Positions 58,028 to 64,000 of a stretch of 64,000 nt of DNA are shown piece by piece. The stretch's first letter is position 1, and each line of letters begins with the position of its first letter. The stretch is from Candidatus Iainarchaeum sp. (lineage in GTDB: Archaea; B1Sed10-29; WALL01): the NCBI GenBank assembly GCA_023129115.1, contig JAGMCR010000002.1:64001-128000 (forward strand), written 5' to 3'. Below the pieces are notes generated by a model. That model made no database searches. It was not told the DNA's origin and was given only the letters and a program-made list of their open reading frames with translations. The position numbers and the translations under genes were made by a program.

Positions 58028-58782
58028 TGGACAGGCCTCCTCGCCCGCGTCTCGTGCAGGTCAAGCGGGGTGGCCCGGGGCTTTTCCGCGTCATAGACCA
58101 TGGAAACTTTCAACCCCGCGAACTCTTTCTTTATCTTTTCCATCTCTTCCCCCGGCAGGGGCGGGCATGCGCACGGCCGGAGCGGCGTGTCGACGAATAC
58201 TTCATCGGGCTCCAGTTCCCTGGCGAGCGAAGCCAGTTCACCAGCACAGTGCTTGTTCTGCTCGATGAACATTATCTGGAGCGCGAGCCTCCCGCTGAAC
58301 TCCCGGCGCAGCGCCTTGATTCCGCCAAGGACTTTTTCGAAAGTAATCCCGGGCACGGGCCGGTTGATTTTTTCGAACAGTCCCTGGCCCGGCGCGTCAA
58401 GCTTTGCCATGACAATGTCAAATTCCTTCAGGCCCCCGCGCACTTCGGCAAGGTGGAGGAGCGACGAGTTCGTTAGTATCGCCATTCGGATGTTAGTTAT
58501 TTTTTTCACGGCCCCGGCAATTTCCCCCAGGTTCAAAGCGAGCGTCGGCTCGCCCATGCCCGAGAAAGTGACTGTGTCCGGCGTTGTTTTGCCAAGCGCT
58601 TCCCTTAGCTGTGCCTCGACATCGGCCGCCTCCACAAACTTTTTCCTTTCCATAGTCTTCACGGCAGTGGGGCCGAGCTGGCAGTACACGCAGTCAAAAG
58701 TGCACGCGTTCATGCACACGGGGTCGATGCCGAGCGAAGCGCCGAGCCGCCACGACGGGACAGGCCCGTACACAGTGTTCAC
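58024..58782 (-). CDS. radical SAM protein
   Basis: YGPVPSWRLG, CTFDCVYC, GEPT; start GTG 58782. Confidence 0.9.
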   Translation of the reverse strand: MNTVYGPVPSWRLGASLGIDPVCMNACTFDCVYCQLGPTAVKTMERKKFVEAADVEAQLREALGKTTPDTVTFSGMGEPTLALNLGEIAGAVKKITNIRMAILTNSSLLHLAEVRGGLKEFDIVMAKLDAPGQGLFEKINRPVPGITFEKVLGGIKALRREFSGRLALQIMFIEQNKHCAGELASLARELEPDEVFVDTPLRPCACPPLPGEEMEKIKKEFAGLKVSMVYDAEKPRATPLDLHETRARRPVQ

Positions 58783-59606
58783 TCCATCGCCTCCAGCTTT
58801 TCCGCCATTTTCTTGATTGCCTCGTGCGTGACGGGCTCGCCGCGGGTGTACTGCTTCATTATTTCTTTTGAGTACGGGACCTCGGCAAAGACATCGAAGC
58901 CCTTTTCTTTCGCTGTCGCGTCCACTGTCGAGCGGTCCCCTATCCCCGCGCGGTTCAGCACGATTTTGCCGGGGACCTTGAGCACGTTCAGCAGGTCCAG
59001 GATGAGCCCGAGGTCGCACGCGCCCAGCGGCGTGGGCTCTGTCACCGCGAGCGCGACGTCGCACCCGAGCAAAGCAGCTATTACAGTGCAATGCGTGCCC
59101 GCGGCGGTGTCGACAACCACAAAGTCGTAGCCCTCGCCACTCTCGAACTCCTTCACCGCGTTGACGACGGGCGAGCCCTCCTTCTGGGTTGGGACTATCT
59201 CGCCCGACACGAGGCCATTGCCCGTGTAAACGTGGCCGCTCACGCGCTCGCCCGCGGAAATCGCGCCCACGGGGCACGCAATCATGCACGCCTTGCACCC
59301 GATGCACTGGTCCAGCACAAAAATCGGGTGCTGGCCCTTGACGTGGGCGACCGCGTTCTCGCGGCACACTTCCGCGCACCTCCCGCACTTTATGCACTTT
59401 TTCTTGTCGAGCACTGGAATCATTTGCCTGACGTCAAGAGCCTTCTTCCTCTTGATGTTGAGTATCAAATGGTCGTTCGGGCAGTCCACGTCCATGTCCA
59501 TCAGCAATACCTTGTGCCGCTTGCCGAGCTCGTGGGCGAGCGCAGTTGCTACCATGGACTTGCCCGTGCCGCCCTTGCCGCCGGTGACTGCTATCCGCAT
59601 TTTCAC
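58779..59606 (-). CDS. MinD/ParA-like ATPase with 4Fe-4S insert (paralog)
   Basis: GGKGGTGKS, two CxxCxxC clusters, VTEPT. Confidence 0.9.
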   Translation of the reverse strand: MKMRIAVTGGKGGTGKSMVATALAHELGKRHKVLLMDMDVDCPNDHLILNIKRKKALDVRQMIPVLDKKKCIKCGRCAEVCRENAVAHVKGQHPIFVLDQCIGCKACMIACPVGAISAGERVSGHVYTGNGLVSGEIVPTQKEGSPVVNAVKEFESGEGYDFVVVDTAAGTHCTVIAALLGCDVALAVTEPTPLGACDLGLILDLLNVLKVPGKIVLNRAGIGDRSTVDATAKEKGFDVFAEVPYSKEIMKQYTRGEPVTHEAIKKMAEKLEAME

Positions 59607-60391
59607 GCCTCGATTATTTTTCCGGTGCCGCTTTTTATGAAGTCCTTGCCGTACTCCTGCCCGAAGAGATAGATTGCCCGGTCGCCTGTGCAGTGGCAGG
59701 GCGCAACCCTCTTGACGCCGAGCCCCCTGAAGCCCGAGAGAATAGAGCCAATCTCTTCATCACTTTCCCCGCCAAGGTGGAACCCGCCCATAACAAGGTA
59801 GATGTCTTTGCCGCTCGATTCTTTTGCTTTTTCCACTATGTGGGCTATGCCGGGGTGTGCGCATCCAGTTATGACCGTTATTCCCTTGTCAGTCTCGACA
59901 AGCAGGGACTGCTCTTTTATCGACGTGCCTAGCTCGCCCGTCGTGTAAACCCCGCCACTTATTTTTGTGTAGCCGGTTACTCCAACAACTTCAGCGCCCC
60001 TGGCCCTCACGCTTTCCTTGAAAGATTCTGGAAAAGAAGCGGGGACGTAAACTTTCACGTTGCTGTTTTCGCCAAGGAAGCCGTCCAGGCCCCCCGTGTG
60101 GTCGCCGTGTATATGGGAAAGGACGACTATCTCGATTTCCTCCGGGCTTATGCCCATTGCCTCCATGTTCGCCAGGAGCGTGGGGCCGTCCCCGCCCGTG
60201 TCGAACAGGATTGTTTCATTGGCCTGGACGACGCAGCCGAACCCCCAGCCGGTTTTTGTGTCCGGGCCGTACTGGTAGTTGTCGTACACGACGTTTATGA
60301 GTGTCACATTACTCGCCGGCATCTTTTCCACTTCCGTTTTTTCCGCACACCCGCACAACAGCAGTGCAAGCAGTACAACCAAAAGCTTCAC
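59603..60391 (-). CDS. metallo-beta-lactamase fold hydrolase
   Basis: SHIHGDHTGG, GCAHPG, GGFH, HCTG. Confidence 0.9.
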   Translation of the reverse strand: MKLLVVLLALLLCGCAEKTEVEKMPASNVTLINVVYDNYQYGPDTKTGWGFGCVVQANETILFDTGGDGPTLLANMEAMGISPEEIEIVVLSHIHGDHTGGLDGFLGENSNVKVYVPASFPESFKESVRARGAEVVGVTGYTKISGGVYTTGELGTSIKEQSLLVETDKGITVITGCAHPGIAHIVEKAKESSGKDIYLVMGGFHLGGESDEEIGSILSGFRGLGVKRVAPCHCTGDRAIYLFGQEYGKDFIKSGTGKIIEA

Positions 60392-61638
60392 TTCCTTGCC
60401 CTTCCCGCCTTCTTTGTCGGCTCGGTGAGCAACTCAAGCTTTCCTTCTGTAAACAGCTTTACAACTTCTTCTGCAGTATTCCCCCTGGTCCGGTAGATTT
60501 CGACAAACTTGTCGCGGAGGGTGTGGAAAGCTATTTCGCCAATGTTCTTGACAACGACAGCGTCCGCCCCCCTGTCCGCAATCAGGTTGGCGGCCCGCAG
60601 GCCGGTCATTGACTTTTCATCCCAGTACGGGTTTTCCACAATAATCGGGCTAAGGGCCTTGCCTTTAGAAATCTTGACGAGGGCAAAGTGCTTTGCCCTG
60701 CCCACGTGGCCAAGGACTCTGGACTTCACCCCCTTTTTCTCTGCCAGGGGGATTGCAAGCACAAGAGTGTCTTTTTTGTGGGGCTCGACGTGAATTATGA
60801 ACGACTCCAGTGAAGGGACTTGCGCCGCCGCCTTTTTCTGGATTTTTTCCGTGACAGCATGCGCCCTCTTCACGTCAATGGAGCCGGCCACCTCGACCTC
60901 TACCTCACCGAGTACAAACGGCCCGGCCTTCCTTAGCTTGAGGTGCTTAAGGTGCTTGACTTCCTTGAACGACGAAATCACTCCCCTTATTCTTCTCTCA
61001 ACCCGCTTGTCCGGGCTGACGTCCATCAAAGCGAAGAGGCTGTCCCGCGCGTTTTCGAGGCCGGTCCTCAGGACAAGCAATGCCACGAGGAGCGTCACTG
61101 CCCCCTCAAGCCATGGCAAGCCTACGGCTCCCGAAAAAACCGCGACCAGCACGAGAGAAGAAGAAAACACGTCGTTCAGCTTGTCGTCCGCGTTTGCCTT
61201 CACTGCCAGGGAATTTGTTTCTCCCGCAATTTTTTTGAGGTAGTTGTGCAGTGCAAACGAGACAACAATGGAGACAAGCGCCGCCGCCGCACCAATCCCA
61301 ACACTTGTTATCTCCATGGGACTGAAAAGCCGTTCGTACCCCTCGAAAAAGAAGTGAAAAGCCGCATAGAGAATAAATAGTGAGATTACCAAGGAGGTCA
61401 GCGACTCCGCCTTGTAGTAGCCGTAAGGAAACTTTTCGTCTGGCTTGCGCTGTGCAATCTTGAGCCCAAACCACGAAGAAGCAGACGTGAACACGTCCGA
61501 AAGTGACTCCACGGCCAGCGTAAGCAAAGCGGTGCTGCCGGTCAAGAAGCCAGCCGCCCCCTGCAGCGCCGCGCGCAGCAGGGTGATGCCGGCTGTTACA
61601 GCGGAAGCATTCTGGCCTTTTTCCAGCCTGTTCACAAC
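60388..61638 (-). CDS. cation diffusion facilitator fused to NifB/NifX domain
   Basis: FPYGYYKAE, IHVEP, HVGRAKHF; start approximate. Confidence 0.88.
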   Translation of the reverse strand, partial: VVNRLEKGQNASAVTAGITLLRAALQGAAGFLTGSTALLTLAVESLSDVFTSASSWFGLKIAQRKPDEKFPYGYYKAESLTSLVISLFILYAAFHFFFEGYERLFSPMEITSVGIGAAAALVSIVVSFALHNYLKKIAGETNSLAVKANADDKLNDVFSSSLVLVAVFSGAVGLPWLEGAVTLLVALLVLRTGLENARDSLFALMDVSPDKRVERRIRGVISSFKEVKHLKHLKLRKAGPFVLGEVEVEVAGSIDVKRAHAVTEKIQKKAAAQVPSLESFIIHVEPHKKDTLVLAIPLAEKKGVKSRVLGHVGRAKHFALVKISKGKALSPIIVENPYWDEKSMTGLRAANLIADRGADAVVVKNIGEIAFHTLRDKFVEIYRTRGNTAEEVVKLFTEGKLELLTEPTKKAGRARK

Positions 61639-61850
61639 ACTCCCCCTCGCTTTAGAATCACCCACAGAAAATAAAAAATGGCTATGACCAGCACGGCCTT
61701 AACCCAAACCACCCACGTTTCCTTTCTGGCAGCGGTAGCGCCCTCGCCAGTGGGGCTCTTCCCGCGCTCCTCCGGGATGTCCTCGTCCCCGTAAACCTCT
61801 CTATGCCTCTGTTCTCTTTCCTCGTCGGTGCGTGGCGTGCCTTCTGGCAT
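61632..61850 (-). CDS. small membrane protein
   Basis: Follows the previous stop in the operon; C-terminal TM. Confidence 0.55.
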   Translation of the reverse strand: MPEGTPRTDEEREQRHREVYGDEDIPEERGKSPTGEGATAARKETWVVWVKAVLVIAIFYFLWVILKRGGVL

Positions 61851-61851
61851 T

Positions 61852-62253
61852 TTACCTTCCTCTCCCGCCGAACCCCCCCCCAGTGCCAGGGCTCATTCCC
61901 ATGGGGCCAGGGGAAGCCACTTCCTTGAGCTCGCCAGCGGCAAGCTTTTTCGCGTTCTCCTCGACAGTGCCTTCCACGCCAATGAACATCTTCACGCCAA
62001 GCTCGCTGAGGACACCAAAAGCCCTCGGGCCAAACGCGCCCGCCACGACTGCGTCGACTTTCTCGTCGCCGATTAGCTGGGACGCCATGATTCCTGCGCC
62101 GCCGCGCTGTGCCTGGGCAGTGTTCTCGATTGCCTTCACCAGCTTTACTTCACCGCCCTCCACCTCGGCGACGACGAAGAACTGGCACCTCCCGAACGGG
62201 AAGCTCATTTCCGAAGACAATTCTTTTCCTGTTGAAGCTATCGCTATTTTCAT
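61852..62253 (-). CDS. NifB/NifX family protein
   Basis: MKIAIA, FGRCQFF, GAGI, GPRA. Confidence 0.9.
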   Translation of the reverse strand: MKIAIASTGKELSSEMSFPFGRCQFFVVAEVEGGEVKLVKAIENTAQAQRGGAGIMASQLIGDEKVDAVVAGAFGPRAFGVLSELGVKMFIGVEGTVEENAKKLAAGELKEVASPGPMGMSPGTGGGFGGRGR

Positions 62254-62257
62254 TTTT

Positions 62258-62698
62258 TCACCTAGTCATTCTCGTGCCGCATTTGGGGCACTTTATTTCG
62301 TAGCACGGCACGCCGAGCTGGTGCGGGGCTTTGGCGCCGCACTTGGGGCACACGCACTCGCCGCCAGGGCCTAGCGCGCGGCCGCCCATCCTGCCTCTTC
62401 CTTGGATCATGTAATTCCCTCCTTCGATTCGAATTGCTTTTCCCCCAATAATCGCTTTGCTAATCTTGTGCCTCGCCGAGGAGAGGAGGCGGTTGAACGT
62501 GGGCTGCGAGACGCCCATTTTTTTCGCCGCCTTTTCCTGGGAGAGCCCCTCCAGGTCCGCGAGGCGCAGTGCCTCGTATTCCTCAACAGTAAGTACCAGC
62601 TCCTCCAGTTCCATTGCCGGCACGCCCCGCGGCTTGAAGTAGTTCACTCCCGGGACGCCACCGACAATCCTCCTCTTCCTCGGCCTTGGCATTTTCAC
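62258..62698 (-). CDS. DUF134 HTH protein with C-terminal Zn ribbon
   Basis: [29 protein letters not shown] twice. Confidence 0.9.
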   Translation of the reverse strand: MKMPRPRKRRIVGGVPGVNYFKPRGVPAMELEELVLTVEEYEALRLADLEGLSQEKAAKKMGVSQPTFNRLLSSARHKISKAIIGGKAIRIEGGNYMIQGRGRMGGRALGPGGECVCPKCGAKAPHQLGVPCYEIKCPKCGTRMTR

Positions 62699-62988
62699 TT
62701 CAGCTCCTTAACCAGCTTTTTTATCGCGTCGAGCTCCTGCTCGAGCGCCGTCTTTTCCTGTTCAAGTATGCCCAGTTGCTGCTCTTTCGAGAGCTCGACC
62801 GGCTGCGGCGCTGGGCCCCAAAAGCGCATTCCACGGCCAAAGCCCCTTCCTCTGCCCCAGCCCATTCCCAAGCCCATTCCCGGGCTGGGGTTGGCGAAGC
62901 CGGGCGCGTTGAATCCCGCGCAGTACCCGAGGCTTCTTCCTGTCCTGGGCCCCCTTCCAGCGGGGCCTGTTCCGTCTCCTCTTGGCAT
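62695..62988 (-). CDS. DUF5320 family protein
   Basis: [18 protein letters not shown]. Confidence 0.85.
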   Translation of the reverse strand: MPRGDGTGPAGRGPRTGRSLGYCAGFNAPGFANPSPGMGLGMGWGRGRGFGRGMRFWGPAPQPVELSKEQQLGILEQEKTALEQELDAIKKLVKELK

Positions 62989-63191
62989 GAATACATCACC
63001 TCCTTTTAAATTATTATCCATAAAGGATATGGATTATTATTCATTAACTAGTATTTAATAGTTACGGATAATAATTCATATCTTTGAGGGGGCTTGGCGG
63101 GCGCTCCCCCAGCACCCTTTTATACCCCCTCTGCTGCAATAAGGCTTTGTCCGGCTGGCGGTATGCCTGCCCGGTTTAAGAGGCGAAATAG

Positions 63192-63440
63192 ATGTATAAC
63201 GACAGAGGTGGCGGTCACGGCGGCCACAGAGGCGGAGGCGGCCACAAGAGTGGCGGCGGCTCCAGAGGCGGAGGCGGCGGTTACGGCGGGGGAGGCGGCT
63301 ACGGCGGCTCCCGACAGACGTACAAGGCGGTTTGCGCCGACTGCGGACAAGAATGCGACTTGCCCTTCAAGCCAACTGAGGGCAGGCCGGTCTACTGCAG
63401 GGAGTGCTACGCCAAGCACAAGCCAAAGCGTGACGACTAA
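63192..63440 (+). CDS. Gly-rich CxxC-x17-CxxC zinc-finger protein
   Basis: CADCGQECDLPFKPTEGRPVYCREC. Confidence 0.88.
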   Translation: MYNDRGGGHGGHRGGGGHKSGGGSRGGGGGYGGGGGYGGSRQTYKAVCADCGQECDLPFKPTEGRPVYCRECYAKHKPKRDD

Positions 63441-63588
63441 AAGGCTTAAACCCCGGGGGCCAACCCCCCCGCATCCACTTTTTCTTGGGGAATTGGCATA
63501 AAAGCCTTCCTAAGCAGCCCTTCTATGTTATGCCTTTATATACCCTACTGGTTCTCTAATAGCCCAATACTTTATTAGAGGAATTTAA

Positions 63589-63780
63589 ATGAACGGTACA
63601 GTAAAATGGTTTAACACGACCAAAGGATTCGGCTTCATTGAAAAGGAAGACGGAAAAGACATCTTCGTTCACACAAACGACATCGAAGAAGGCACCAACT
63701 TGAACGAGGGCGACAAAGTCGAGTTCGACACCGAGGACAGCCCGAAAGGGCCCAGGGCAGTTAAGGTAAAGAAAGTTTAA
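63589..63780 (+). CDS. cspA: cold-shock protein
   Basis: GTVKWFN..KGFGFI, DIFVH. Confidence 0.95.
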   Translation: MNGTVKWFNTTKGFGFIEKEDGKDIFVHTNDIEEGTNLNEGDKVEFDTEDSPKGPRAVKVKKV

Positions 63781-63867
63781 ACTCTTTCTTAGGCTAGTTT
63801 CCCAGGATGCCATAGCGGCAGCGCTCCCCCCCAAATCCTTTTATTCCCCCGGCACGTTTAGGGGGGC

Positions 63868-63987
63868 ATGGGGGCCGAAATACCTGAAGGCGCCGCAATC
63901 ATCATGTGGATAGTGGTCGCGCTGGCCATACTCGGGCTGCTCTTGCTGCTCAACGACCAGGGGTCAATCCCCTGCATCCTGTGCTAG
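63868..63987 (+). CDS. possible 39 aa membrane peptide
   Basis: Manual translation MGAEIPEGAAIIMWIVVALAILGLLLLLNDQGSIPCILC. Confidence 0.35.
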   Translation: MGAEIPEGAAIIMWIVVALAILGLLLLLNDQGSIPCILC

Positions 63988-64000
63988 GGGTGGGGACCAA

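Noticed and set aside
58783-59397. N-terminal extension of the radical SAM ORF
   Set aside because: Alternate frame over the ATPase gene; real start is GTG 58782.

Overview
Archaeal chromosomal segment, probably DPANN (Micrarchaeota/Iainarchaeota-like). This placement is inferred from class III signal-peptide proteins, an Nre protein, an intron-containing tRNA-Leu and TATA promoters. The flanks carry ordinary genes: XPD helicase, Nre, Cys-rich pilin-like proteins, ZIP transporters, UDG, a NifX/ATPase/CDF cluster and a cold-shock protein. The main signal is a ~29 kb array (10.9-40.1 kb) anchored on tRNA-Thr(CGT). The tRNA 3' end (core TTCCCTCCCGAGGCTC) recurs ~19 times in direct orientation and splits the region into modules of 0-4 genes. 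Many modules begin and end with matching halves of an inverted arm pair (families A and B). Only one intact tyrosine integrase is present, plus a 5' remnant of it. Several modules are gene-free ~150-195 bp hairpin stacks (family C) with compensatory changes. The same element recurs at a second, smaller array behind tRNA-Leu(CAA), flanked by that tRNA's own 3' end. One module carries only a candidate structured ncRNA. I interpret this as an integron-like, tRNA-anchored cassette accumulation system; that is inference, not proof. All coordinates were read by eye and may be off by a few bases.
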